DNA from: an uncultured Candidatus Saccharibacteria bacterium
GTDB taxonomy: Bacteria; Patescibacteriota; Saccharimonadia; Saccharimonadales; Saccharimonadaceae
Direction: 5' to 3'
NCBI GenBank assembly: GCA_947306055.1
Contig: CAMZFK010000001.1
Coordinates: 10,276-74,275 of the forward strand
Length of the DNA stretch: 64,000 nt
Shown: positions 39,158 to 48,879 of the stretch, piece by piece
Numbering within the stretch: position 1 is the stretch's first letter
Layout of the letters: each line of letters begins with the position of its first letter
The notes under the pieces: generated by a model
Database searches by the model: none
What the model was told of the DNA's origin: nothing
Seen by the model: the letters and a program-made list of their open reading frames with translations, nothing else
Position numbers and translations under genes: made by a program

Positions 39158-39235
39158 TCAACGAGCGCTTGACCACCTAGAAAAGCCAAGCACTCATTGG
39201 TTTGGGAGTTGAGCTGCTTAGCGGCTCAACTTTTT
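39158..39235 (+). ncRNA. Candidate antisense sRNA (antitoxin-like)
   Basis: TGATATAAT at 39145-39153, a 5' hairpin, then terminator AGTTGAGCTGC-TTA-GCGGCTCAACT-TTTT overlapping the 3' end of the 30-aa ORF. Confidence 0.55.
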
Positions 39236-39310
39236 ACTCTGACGATGCTTCCGAATAAGATTCAGAGTAATTGTAGCCTTGATTCTAAAAATAGAAATCT
39301 TCAGCGTCAT
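39218..39310 (-). CDS. Unannotated 30-aa cationic peptide MTLKISIFRIKATITLNLIRKHRQSKKLSR
   Basis: Manual translation; RBS GGAAAGGAG 7 nt before ATG; promoter TTGAAA-17-TAGGCT with TG extension at 39432-39460. Confidence 0.6.
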   Translation of the reverse strand: MTLKISIFRIKATITLNLIRKHRQSKKLSR

Positions 39311-39497
39311 ACTTTTTCTCCTTTCCGGGATTCTAGCATTATCTAGAATTTGCCGTTTAGTGAATCCTCGCAGTCCGCGATTGTCTTTTCAGACCCCAAC
39401 CCGCTAAACCTCAGAGCCCAACCTGCCCGCCAGCCTAACATAGATAAAAAAACTTTTCAACCCCCCACCTGCATCAATCATAAGAATATGTTATAAT

Positions 39498-40457
39498 ATG
39501 TTAATGATTTGGAACGAGCTAAAGAAACCCTTTCTGATTCTGGCCCCGATGGAAGGCGTTACGGATATCGCTTTTCGTCAGGTGATAGCAGCCGCCGGCC
39601 GGCCGGATTTGTTTTTCACGGAATTTACCAACGTCTCTAGCTACGCTTCCGAAGCAGGCCGTCATAACGCCCTCGAACGCCTCAGAATCGCCCCAACCGA
39701 TTCCCCGATTATCGCCCAAATTTGGGGCAAAAACCCAGAACACTTCGCTATCGTAGCAGAAGCCCTCGAGTCACTCGGTTTTTCTGGTATAGACCTCAAC
39801 TTTGGCTGCCCAGACAAAAACGTCAACAAAACCGGCGGCGGCGCTGCCATGATTAAAACCCCAGAGCTCGCCGTGGAATGTTTTAGAAATGCCAAAAAGT
39901 CAACGAATCTCCCAGTTTCTGTCAAAACCCGCCTTGGCTGGGCCAAAACGGATGAATTTAAGACCTGGCTCCCAACTCTTCTCGCCGAGCACCCTGCCGC
40001 CCTTACCGTGCATCTCCGTACCAAAAAAGAAATGAGCAAAGTCCCAGCCCATTACGAACTCATCCCTGAAATTATCACCTTAAGAGACAAAATCAGCCCA
40101 GAAACCAAACTCATTATCAACGGCGACATCAAAAACCGCGCCGAAGCGCTAGCCCTTCACGAAAAATACCCCGAGGTAGACGGCTTCATGATTGGCCGCG
40201 GCGTCTTCCAGAACCCTTATTGCTTTACCGACCACGTCGCTACCCGCGAAGAATTGATGAATCTCTTAGAGCTCCACTTGGACCTATACGAGAAATATCT
40301 AAAAAACACCTCTTTCGAGCCTCTCAAACATTTCTTCAAAATTTACATCAACAACTTCCCGGGCGCTAGCGATTTCCGCGCCAAACTCATGGAAACCCAC
40401 TCAATAAAAGAAGCCCGCGAAGTTATCTCCCTATTTCAAAAACCCATTGATAATTAG
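39498..40457 (+). CDS. tRNA-dihydrouridine synthase (Dus family)
   Basis: LAPMEGVTD, IDLNFGCP, VSVKTRLG, TVHLRT, NGDI, MIGRG; start may be ATG 39504. Confidence 0.93.
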   Translation: MLMIWNELKKPFLILAPMEGVTDIAFRQVIAAAGRPDLFFTEFTNVSSYASEAGRHNALERLRIAPTDSPIIAQIWGKNPEHFAIVAEALESLGFSGIDLNFGCPDKNVNKTGGGAAMIKTPELAVECFRNAKKSTNLPVSVKTRLGWAKTDEFKTWLPTLLAEHPAALTVHLRTKKEMSKVPAHYELIPEIITLRDKISPETKLIINGDIKNRAEALALHEKYPEVDGFMIGRGVFQNPYCFTDHVATREELMNLLELHLDLYEKYLKNTSFEPLKHFFKIYINNFPGASDFRAKLMETHSIKEAREVISLFQKPIDN

Positions 40458-41357
40458 CGCCTCGGCCTCGGCCTGCGTCAAGCCTAGCGTTTGAAGCTTC
40501 AATATTTGCTCGCCAGCAATTTTACCAATCGCAGCCTCATGAATCAGCTCCGCGTCCACCGACCGCGCATCAAGCGAAGGCACCGCCAGCACCTGAGCCT
40601 CGCCCATAATAATAGCATCACACTCCGAATGTCCTCGACATTTATTTTCGCCCACAATTACCGACTTAAAAGTCTGCCTCGACATATCCTGCGCCACCGC
40701 ACGCGAAACAATATCTACAGTCGAATTTTCCCCAGAAAGCGTAGTCTCTATCACACTATCCGCCGTCTGCCGACCATGCGTCATCAAACGCTCACGAATT
40801 ATCAACCTAGCATTATCACAGACTTCAGATTCAGTCCTGCGAACAGTCGAATTTACGCCCTTAATCTGCTCAAGGTCCATCTCGCACACCGCGCCGTCAG
40901 CAAGATGCACCTCGGTAGTAGGATTGAGAATTCTCGCACCCCGCCCATTTCCAAAACCATAATGCTTCTCAATATATTTTACCTTCGCACCTTCCCCCAC
41001 GTTCAAAACATGAATACCATTATGCTCAGAATCCGACGCCCCACAATTATAAATCCCACACCCAGCAATAATCATTACATCGGCCCCCGCACCAATATTA
41101 AAAGTATTTCGCACGGTCTCTTTCATCCCAGTTTTGCTCAAAATCACCGGAATATGCACGCTCTCGTTCTTCGTCCCCGGCTTCACGGTGATTACCAGCC
41201 CCTCATCGGTAATATCCACATCGATATTTGCCGAAGATTTCCGGCTCACCGACTTGCCATTGATGCGAAAATTATACGCCCCCTCCGGCACCTTGTACAG
41301 CCCCGCAATCTCCCCCAGCATCCGCCTCTCAGTCTCGCCAAAATCGCAAAATTCCAT
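40431..41357 (-). CDS. SufB/SufD-family Fe-S scaffold (SmsB-like)
   Basis: IIAGCG, YIEKHYG, GHSECDAIIM, LIHEAAIGKI, LIINGFL. Confidence 0.9.
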   Translation of the reverse strand: MEFCDFGETERRMLGEIAGLYKVPEGAYNFRINGKSVSRKSSANIDVDITDEGLVITVKPGTKNESVHIPVILSKTGMKETVRNTFNIGAGADVMIIAGCGIYNCGASDSEHNGIHVLNVGEGAKVKYIEKHYGFGNGRGARILNPTTEVHLADGAVCEMDLEQIKGVNSTVRRTESEVCDNARLIIRERLMTHGRQTADSVIETTLSGENSTVDIVSRAVAQDMSRQTFKSVIVGENKCRGHSECDAIIMGEAQVLAVPSLDARSVDAELIHEAAIGKIAGEQILKLQTLGLTQAEAEALIINGFLK

Positions 41358-42022
41358 CACTTTACTCCTTTCAAAAATTCCTCAGGCGAGCACTCTTTAG
41401 AAATTTTCCCGTTTTCAAGCACAATCACGCGGTCCGCCAATTTAATAATTCTCTCTTGGTGAGAAATAATGATTATCGTGTGATTTTTTTGAATTTCACG
41501 AAAAACCGAAACCAAATCAGCAAAACTCCAGAGGTCAATCCCAGCTTCTGGCTCATCAAAAATCATCAGCGGAGCATTTTTAGCAAGGAGAGAAGCAATC
41601 TCGACACGTTTCAGCTCTCCCCCCGAAAGCGTACCAGATAGCTCCCGATCTAAATATTCCTCTGGCAAAAGCCCAACTTTTTCCAAAAAAACCTCCGGAT
41701 GCGCCGATTCTTCATCTCCTGGCTCCGCCGCCACCAGCAAATCCCGCACCGTCACGCCTTTTATCTTTACCGGCTGCTGGAAGGCGTACGAAATCCCCTT
41801 TTTCGCCCGCTCCGTTACATCAAGCGCCGTAATATCCTCCCCGTTGTAAAAAATCTGGCCCTTCGTCGGTCTAGTAATCCCCATTATTATCTTTGCAAGA
41901 GTAGACTTACCGCCACCATTTGGCCCAGTAATAACTACTAGCTCATTTTCAGTCACATCAAAAGAAATACCCCGAATAATATCGTCCAAAAAGACATTTT
42001 TTACTTCAAGAATTCCCTTCAT
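41357..42022 (-). CDS. SufC-like ABC ATPase (SmsC-like)
   Basis: GPNGGGKST, ERAKKGI, LSGGELKRVEIA, DEPEAGIDLW; stop overlaps the SufB-like start. Confidence 0.88.
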   Translation of the reverse strand: MKGILEVKNVFLDDIIRGISFDVTENELVVITGPNGGGKSTLAKIIMGITRPTKGQIFYNGEDITALDVTERAKKGISYAFQQPVKIKGVTVRDLLVAAEPGDEESAHPEVFLEKVGLLPEEYLDRELSGTLSGGELKRVEIASLLAKNAPLMIFDEPEAGIDLWSFADLVSVFREIQKNHTIIIISHQERIIKLADRVIVLENGKISKECSPEEFLKGVK

Positions 42023-42092
42023 AGTACACTTAGTATACCACAATTGCCCCGCCCACAGCAACCATTACCTCGATTTATGGTATAATTAAACT

Positions 42093-43328
42093 ATGAAAAT
42101 TGCATTACTCGGGCTCGGCAAAGAAGGCCAGGCCACCGAAAAATACTTCAAATCGCATTTTAACGACGTAAAAATCGATGTTTTTGAAAATTTCACTCGC
42201 GACGAAATCGCAAAAAAAGATTTTTCTAGTTACGACCTGGTTTTTCGTAGCCCGTCCGTTCCACCTCTTTATCTAGCAAACGAGACCAGCGCCACTAGAT
42301 TTTTCTTCGAGCACTGCCCTTGTAAAATTATCGGCGTTACCGGCACCAAAGGCAAAGGTACCACCTGTTCATTCATTAATGCCCTGTTAAAATCCCTCGG
42401 CGAGGACGTCCATCTCGTTGGCAACATCGGCTTTCCCGCCATCGACGCACTAGACGAGCTCACCGAGTCCTCTGTTATCGTCTTTGAAATGAGTAGTTTT
42501 CAGCTCTGGGACCTCCAAAAATCCCCGCACATCGCCGTAGTCCTCAGAATCGAGGCGGATCACCTCAATGTCCACCACGGCTACGATGACTATGTCAACG
42601 CCAAAGGCCACATCGCCGAGTACCAAACCAGCGAAGATAGCATCATTTATTTCAAAAACAACCAAGACAGCGTCAAAATCGCCCAAAAAAGCGCTGGCAA
42701 ACATTTTGCTTACCCAGAGGAAGCAAAATCCGATAATCTTAAAGAACTCCTGAATTCTCTCGAAGTCCCCGGCGACCACAACAAAGAAGACGCCGAAGCC
42801 GCCCTTATCGCCGTCGCCGCGTATTATAACACTCCACTAGACCAATTTATCGACAAAAACTTCAGCAAACTCAAATCTGGCCTCCAGAGCTTCCACGGGC
42901 TTCCACATCATATCGAATTTATCAGGAGTTTAAATGGCGTCGACTACTACGATGATAGTTTTTCTGCTTCCTACCCATCTCTAGAGGTAGCCGTCAAATC
43001 TTTCCAAGACAAAAACGTCTTCCTCATCGCCGGTGGCAAAGATCGCGGGCTCGACCTCACCCCTATCAAAAAAGCTATTTTTGGCGCCCCAAATCTAAAA
43101 AAAGCTATCCTTATCGGCGAAACCAAAACCGCACTAGCTAACGGCGAAGATGAGTCAAAATTCTATCTGGCCGACACTCTAGAAGAAGCCGTAAAATACG
43201 CCAAAAACCTCGCCGAAAAAACTCCTAATGCCGTAATGCTACTTAGTCCAGGCGCCGCCAGCTTTGACATGTTTAAAGATTTTTACGACCGTGGCGATCA
43301 ATTTCAAGCAATCGTAAAAGGATTTTAA
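42093..43328 (+). CDS. murD: UDP-MurNAc-L-Ala--glutamate ligase (likely MurD2 type)
   Basis: GVTGTKGKGTT, GNIG, EMSSFQL, DHLNVH, GGKDRG, LLSPGAASFDMF; coupled to murL. Confidence 0.93.
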   Translation: MKIALLGLGKEGQATEKYFKSHFNDVKIDVFENFTRDEIAKKDFSSYDLVFRSPSVPPLYLANETSATRFFFEHCPCKIIGVTGTKGKGTTCSFINALLKSLGEDVHLVGNIGFPAIDALDELTESSVIVFEMSSFQLWDLQKSPHIAVVLRIEADHLNVHHGYDDYVNAKGHIAEYQTSEDSIIYFKNNQDSVKIAQKSAGKHFAYPEEAKSDNLKELLNSLEVPGDHNKEDAEAALIAVAAYYNTPLDQFIDKNFSKLKSGLQSFHGLPHHIEFIRSLNGVDYYDDSFSASYPSLEVAVKSFQDKNVFLIAGGKDRGLDLTPIKKAIFGAPNLKKAILIGETKTALANGEDESKFYLADTLEEAVKYAKNLAEKTPNAVMLLSPGAASFDMFKDFYDRGDQFQAIVKGF

Positions 43329-44506
43329 TGTTCACTTTCCTAGATTACAACTTCGACAAAATCTCGAATACCGCCAGTTTCCGCTATCAAGGCAAAGACG
43401 GCACCATTTTCACCGAAAAAGTCGAATTTGCCGGCACACCAATCGATTACAATGAGGACATATTAGAAAACGCCCTCTTCCTAGCTTTTGTCATCATCGG
43501 GACATCTTACTACAAAGCCGAGCCTACTAGCTCCGTCAAATTATCACAAAAAATAGACGAAGCCAAGGCTACATTCTTTTCCAAAATCTACCAAGAAGGT
43601 CTCAGCCAATTTGCTTTCGAAAATTCCCTAAAAAGAGCTGATCTTGCGCACTTTATCCCAGAAATTCCTCTAGCCAGCTCCACTACCGCTACTTTAAACC
43701 TCCCCCCTAAATCGCTCTGCCTCGTCAGCGGCGGCAAAGATTCCCTACTTTCATTTGAAAAAATCAAAGCTCTAAATACCCCTTATGAGATTGCCTATAT
43801 TTCCGCAAACGATAACTACCCAAGCATCTTAGACGAGCTTGGTACACCTCTCATCATTAAACGCAAAGTCGACAAAGCGGGTCTCAAGACCGCTAATGGC
43901 CTCAACGGCCACGTCCCAGTCACCCTGATAAATGAAGCTATCTCTATCCTTCAGGCCACCTTAATCGGCGCAACCCACGTCGAATTTGGCATCGGAAATG
44001 AGGGGACCGAGCCTCACGCTTTCATCGAGGATTTGCCGGTCAATCACCAATGGTCCAAGACCGCCGAAGCCCAAACCCTCATGGAAAATTACATCAAGAC
44101 CTACATCGCCAAGGACCTCACTATCGGCTCAAGTCTAGCCGGCCTCACCGAGCTCCAGATTGCCGAAGAATTCGCCAAAACCTGCTGGGATAAATACGCT
44201 GACAAATTTTCTTCCTGCAACGTCGCAAATTACAAGCAGGACGCCGACAATAGCAGTCTCAAATGGTGCGGTAAATGCGCAAAATGTGCCAATTCTTATC
44301 TATTATTCTGTCCATTTGTCCCATATGAAAAACAACTAAAAATCTTCGGCCACGACCTTTTCACCGACCCAGACCTTACCAAAATTTTCAAAGGCCTACT
44401 CGGCGTCGATGGCGTCATGAAGCCATTTGAGTGTATCGCCAGCATCGAAGAGCTAAGATGGGCCTACGACCACAAATTGCCAGGATACGGCGACCTTAAT
44501 TTCTAA
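43328..44506 (+). CDS. murL: UDP-MurNAc-L-Ala-L-Glu epimerase MurL-like
   Basis: GTSYYKA, PP-loop SGGKDS, NGHVPVT, NHQWSK, WCGKCAKC, KPFEC; directly follows murD. Confidence 0.82.
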   Translation: MFTFLDYNFDKISNTASFRYQGKDGTIFTEKVEFAGTPIDYNEDILENALFLAFVIIGTSYYKAEPTSSVKLSQKIDEAKATFFSKIYQEGLSQFAFENSLKRADLAHFIPEIPLASSTTATLNLPPKSLCLVSGGKDSLLSFEKIKALNTPYEIAYISANDNYPSILDELGTPLIIKRKVDKAGLKTANGLNGHVPVTLINEAISILQATLIGATHVEFGIGNEGTEPHAFIEDLPVNHQWSKTAEAQTLMENYIKTYIAKDLTIGSSLAGLTELQIAEEFAKTCWDKYADKFSSCNVANYKQDADNSSLKWCGKCAKCANSYLLFCPFVPYEKQLKIFGHDLFTDPDLTKIFKGLLGVDGVMKPFECIASIEELRWAYDHKLPGYGDLNF

Positions 44507-44519
44507 ATCAGCCCCCAAC

Positions 44520-45791
44520 CTAGAAATTCAAATGTGTCTCTAGCTCCGAAATTATAGCTTTTTCTACCGAAGACACCGTAGCAAAAGCCTTAATCCCGCT
44601 CCCCGCAAACTCTCGTGCGAGCTCAATCATCTTGTTTCTATCAATTCTACGAATCATCTCAGGCATATCATCATACCTTTCGACGGTCTCATTGGTAAAA
44701 TAATTTTCCGCATAATAATCCGCAATCTGCCCCACCGTCTGTGCCCCCATCTGAAACCTACCGAGCGCGTAAGATTTTGCCGCCTCAAAATCCGCCTCCG
44801 AAATCTCACCGTTCAGAGTTTTCATCATCTCCCCCTGAATCAAACGAAATAGCTCATCGGCATTTTCTACGTTCACCTCACCATCAAAATCCCAATATGC
44901 ATTGTGCGCATTATTTGCAATCGAGCTCCCCATACCATAAACCAACCCGCGCTTCCTAGCCGCCCCAAAAATCTTGGAGTTCATCGTGCCGTTCAAAATA
45001 TGATTAAGACAATTCATCGCAAACTCTTCCTCTGGCAAAAGATGCCGCGGCGTCACTAGAGAAAACCCAAACGTAATATTCGAAGCATCTTTTCGCCGAA
45101 TCGACACCGCCTCGCCAGAATGAAGGTCCGCAATCGGAATTTCAAACCTTTCACCCTCTTTCAAATTCCAGCTCTCTAGCTCGTGGATGATTTTGTGTTT
45201 CCGTCCATGAATCTTCCCCGCAATAATAAACATCATATTCTTTGCCGTATGCGTACGGCGATAATGCTCCCTGATATCCTTCAGTTCAATATTTGAAATC
45301 GTCTTAAGCCTCTCTGATAAATCTAGCACGTTCTCGCCCACAATCTGCTGCACACGCGGCCAGAGCAATCTGTAATAATCATTCATGTACCCCGTAAGCT
45401 CCGAACGCACATTTGCTTTCTCGCTTTTTAATTCTTCTTCATTAAACCTCGGCTCGCAAATCGAAAGCTGTTGCAAATCCATAATCCTATCCCACTCAAA
45501 ATCCGCACATTCCGTCTCATAGCAAACCGAGATATCCGAAGTCCACGCATTGTGATAAGCGCCATTTTTAGTAAACTCCGCTTCAAATGCCTGTTCGTCC
45601 TTAAATCTCGCATTCGCCCCAAACGCCAAATGCTCTACCACGTGCGGAATTTCGTAGACATCATGATTTTTTGCATATTGCATCCCAGCCCGAAACTGAA
45701 CTCTCGTAGACATCACACTGGCACCAGGGATATCTATGAGAAGTCCCCTTGCCCCATTTTTTAGCGTAATTTCTTCGACAGAATGTTTCAT
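44520..45791 (-). CDS. M16 family zinc peptidase
   Basis: Inverted zincin HVVEH, NAWTS, RKRGLVY. Confidence 0.9.
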   Translation of the reverse strand: MKHSVEEITLKNGARGLLIDIPGASVMSTRVQFRAGMQYAKNHDVYEIPHVVEHLAFGANARFKDEQAFEAEFTKNGAYHNAWTSDISVCYETECADFEWDRIMDLQQLSICEPRFNEEELKSEKANVRSELTGYMNDYYRLLWPRVQQIVGENVLDLSERLKTISNIELKDIREHYRRTHTAKNMMFIIAGKIHGRKHKIIHELESWNLKEGERFEIPIADLHSGEAVSIRRKDASNITFGFSLVTPRHLLPEEEFAMNCLNHILNGTMNSKIFGAARKRGLVYGMGSSIANNAHNAYWDFDGEVNVENADELFRLIQGEMMKTLNGEISEADFEAAKSYALGRFQMGAQTVGQIADYYAENYFTNETVERYDDMPEMIRRIDRNKMIELAREFAGSGIKAFATVSSVEKAIISELETHLNF

Positions 45792-45833
45792 GATATTGAC
45801 AAATCGGTAATTTTATGCTATAATGGAATTATA

Positions 45834-48482
45834 TTACTTTTTCTTCGATTTTTTCTTAGATTTAGCTTTTCTAGAGCCACTCTTAGCCCGTTTACCGGCG
45901 TTTTTGCCAGCCCCTGGCGTCTTTTTCTTAAATTCTTTATCAAGATTTTTCTCGCCTGCCGAAATTTCATTGACACCTCTCTCGGTCTGAGAATCTGCCA
46001 TCTTAGTGAGCTCGGATTCGTATTCCTCGCCATCAGTCACATCTTCAGCTCTAGCTTCTGCTGGAGTAATCGTGAGTAGAATACGCAAAACTTCTTCGCG
46101 CAAATTCCTCTGCAACCCATCGAATAGCTTCTGAGACTCTGAACGATATTCCACGAGTGGATCTCTTTGCCCAACCGAACGCCAGTGAATCCCCTCGCGA
46201 AGATGTTGCATGTTTTCTAGATGTTGCATCCAAAGCAAGTCCAACACCTTGAGGTAAACTTCGCGCTCAACTTTTCGCATAATCTCTTCACTAAATTCCA
46301 ACTCTTTCTTGTGGTAAGCTTCCTCGATAGCTATAAGAGCCAATTTTTCACGCTCTTTTTCTTTACGAATTAGACCGATTCCATGGATCAAATCATCGTC
46401 AAAATCAAACACCGCTTTAAAGTCTGCATCAAAGTTCTTATTTACTCTAGAAGAAAATTCCGTTAACGTCCTAGCTTCGTCACGCATTAGACGCTTAATC
46501 TCGCCATAAATATCCTCACCTTCAAGAATCTTGCGACGAATCATATAGACCACTTTACGATGTCGGTTGATCACGTTATCGTATTGAACCACATTTTTAC
46601 GAGAATCGAAATTAAATCCTTCTATACGCTTCTGTGCTGCTTCTAGAGTCTTAGAAATCGCTTTTGTTTGAATTGGCGTATTTTCATCTACACCAAGTCG
46701 CGTCATCAACATCTTTACTCTATCACCTTGGAAAATTCGCATCAGATCGTCTTCACAAGATACGAAGAATTGTGTCGTACCAGGATCACCCTGACGGCCA
46801 CCGCGACCTCTAAGCTGATTGTCTACGCGCCTAGAATCATGCCTCTCAGAGCCGATTACCACAAGACCGCCCAACTCTTTTACACCTTCGCCAAGCTTAA
46901 TATCGGTACCACGACCCGCCATATTAGTGGCAAGCGTGATCGCGCCCTTCTCACCAGCCTTTGCAATAATTGCCGCTTCACGCTCATTATTCTTAGCGTT
47001 CAAGATTTCATACGGAAGCCCAAACTCCTCAAGATATCTCGCGATCTCCTCGTTATTTGCAATTGAGCCGGAACCCACAAGTACTGGCTGACCTTTTTCG
47101 TGGTATTTCTTTACTTCTTCAGCAATCGCACGAAGCTTCCCTGCTTTAGTCTTAAAAATCAAATCATCGAGGTCTACACGAGCAATTGGTCTATTTGGTG
47201 GTATCTGAATCACGTCAAGTGCATAAATCTGTTGGAACTCTTCCGCCTCAGTAAATGCCGTACCGGTCATACCAGAGAGCTTCTTGTATAAACGGAAGAA
47301 ATTCTGGAACGAAATCGTCGCAAGAGTCATTGATTCCTGCTTAACCGCCACACCTTCCTTAGCTTCAATCGCCTGATGAAGGCCTTCATTATAACGACGA
47401 CCTTGCATCAACCGCCCCGTATGTTCGTCCACAATAATCACTTCACCAGAGTTCGTGACCACATAATCTTTATCGCGTTTAAACAAAACTTCCGCCCGAA
47501 GCGCCTGCTCCATATGATAAACCAATCTAGTATTTTTGGTCGAGTATAGATTATCTACACCTAAAATTTCTTGGACTTTTTCAATTCCGGCGTCGGTAAG
47601 TGTCACCGAGCGGCGCTTTTCATCAAGCACATAATCGTCCGGGGTCAATCTGTCAGCCACCTTTGCAAACTGATAATAAGACTCTGGATTATCTACCGCC
47701 GGCGCAGAAATAATCAAAGGCGTCCTTGCTTCATCAATCAAGATCGAATCCACCTCATCCACGATCGCAAAATTCAGCTCTCTCTGACGCAGATATTGAA
47801 CTTCGCTCGTCATATTGTCGCGAAGGTAATCAAATCCAAATTCATTATTTGTACCATAAGTAATATCTGCATTATAGGCCTCTTTACGCGTGGCAGGTTT
47901 CAAATGACGGAATCTCTCATCGTCATGCTCCTCATTTTCATATTCAGGATCATAAATATACGAAGCCTCATTAATAATTACACCAACAGACATCCCAAGA
48001 AAATTATAAACTGGGCCATTCCAACCAGCATCACGCTGAGCAAGATAGTCATTTACTGTCACCACATGTACGCCATGCCCAGAAAGCGCATTAAGATAAG
48101 CTGGAAGCATCGCCACCAAAGTCTTACCTTCACCGGTCTTCATTTCGGCCACAGCACCCATATTTAGCACCATGCCGCCGATGAGCTGTACGTCGTACGG
48201 TCTCATACCAAGCACGCGTTTCGAAGCCTCTCTAGCTACCGCAAACGCATCTACTAAAATCGCATCTAAATTGTCGCTCTTCTTTCTAAGAATTTCTGTC
48301 TGCTTCTTGAGCTCTTCGTCGCTCATCTTCTCATATTTTGGCTCCAAGTCGCCAATTTCACGAGCTTTTTTCCATAATTTCTTCAAAATTTTCTTCTGAG
48401 CATCACCAAAAACACCTTGCAAGAATTTCGTTAGCGCAGTCTTATCGGCCAATTTATCAGTTGGTTTCTTTTCTTTTGACAT
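45834..48482 (-). CDS. secA: Preprotein translocase subunit SecA
   Basis: EMKTGEGKT, DEVDSILIDEARTPLIIS, ATNMAGRGTDI, QLRGRGGRQGD. Confidence 0.98.
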   Translation of the reverse strand: MSKEKKPTDKLADKTALTKFLQGVFGDAQKKILKKLWKKAREIGDLEPKYEKMSDEELKKQTEILRKKSDNLDAILVDAFAVAREASKRVLGMRPYDVQLIGGMVLNMGAVAEMKTGEGKTLVAMLPAYLNALSGHGVHVVTVNDYLAQRDAGWNGPVYNFLGMSVGVIINEASYIYDPEYENEEHDDERFRHLKPATRKEAYNADITYGTNNEFGFDYLRDNMTSEVQYLRQRELNFAIVDEVDSILIDEARTPLIISAPAVDNPESYYQFAKVADRLTPDDYVLDEKRRSVTLTDAGIEKVQEILGVDNLYSTKNTRLVYHMEQALRAEVLFKRDKDYVVTNSGEVIIVDEHTGRLMQGRRYNEGLHQAIEAKEGVAVKQESMTLATISFQNFFRLYKKLSGMTGTAFTEAEEFQQIYALDVIQIPPNRPIARVDLDDLIFKTKAGKLRAIAEEVKKYHEKGQPVLVGSGSIANNEEIARYLEEFGLPYEILNAKNNEREAAIIAKAGEKGAITLATNMAGRGTDIKLGEGVKELGGLVVIGSERHDSRRVDNQLRGRGGRQGDPGTTQFFVSCEDDLMRIFQGDRVKMLMTRLGVDENTPIQTKAISKTLEAAQKRIEGFNFDSRKNVVQYDNVINRHRKVVYMIRRKILEGEDIYGEIKRLMRDEARTLTEFSSRVNKNFDADFKAVFDFDDDLIHGIGLIRKEKEREKLALIAIEEAYHKKELEFSEEIMRKVEREVYLKVLDLLWMQHLENMQHLREGIHWRSVGQRDPLVEYRSESQKLFDGLQRNLREEVLRILLTITPAEARAEDVTDGEEYESELTKMADSQTERGVNEISAGEKNLDKEFKKKTPGAGKNAGKRAKSGSRKAKSKKKSKKK

Positions 48483-48516
48483 AAATATTAACTCCAATTC
48501 CCCCCATTTTACCACA

Positions 48517-48879
48517 TTATTTTCGCCTAATAAAGAGGTTCTTTAGGCTTCGTTTTTGACGATGTGGTTGCATTTCCAACTTATAGCGACGAATCTGGCC
48601 AGTGGCCTTAGTCTCAACTAAATCTACGCCAGCAAAGACATTCGTACATTCATCTCTTGCAGCAATCACTTTGCCGCCAGGAATCTCCATCGCCATCGAA
48701 ATTTCATACTTCTCACCTTTGCCTTTACCAACTTCGGATACGATAGCTTTTATAACTACATCTTTCTTGTAGCCACGTGGCAAATATCTGTCTAATTTAC
48801 CGAACTTCTTCTCGGCATATTTTTTGAAACCTTCTTCTATCTTGTACCCGTTACCAGTAATCTCAATCTTTTCTATCAT
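48517..48879 (-). CDS. hpf: Ribosome hibernation factor HPF/RaiA (short)
   Basis: YAEKKFGKLDRY, FAGVDLV...QIRRYK; conserved position upstream of secA. Confidence 0.85.
   Translation of the reverse strand: MIEKIEITGNGYKIEEGFKKYAEKKFGKLDRYLPRGYKKDVVIKAIVSEVGKGKGEKYEISMAMEIPGGKVIAARDECTNVFAGVDLVETKATGQIRRYKLEMQPHRQKRSLKNLFIRRK

Noticed and set aside
39318..39360. GGCAAA stem resembling a c-di-GMP-I riboswitch
   Set aside because: Lacks the GNRA tetraloop, the GACGCAAAG segment and the second stem
40491..41462. 323-aa plus-strand ORF
   Set aside because: Lies antisense to the SufB-like and SufC-like genes; His/Arg-rich composition typical of a shadow frame
39498..44506. C-rich codon usage of plus-strand genes as a sign of horizontal transfer
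   Set aside because: The plus strand looks C-rich in neighbouring minus-strand genes too, so replication strand skew is the simpler explanation (judged by eye, not computed)
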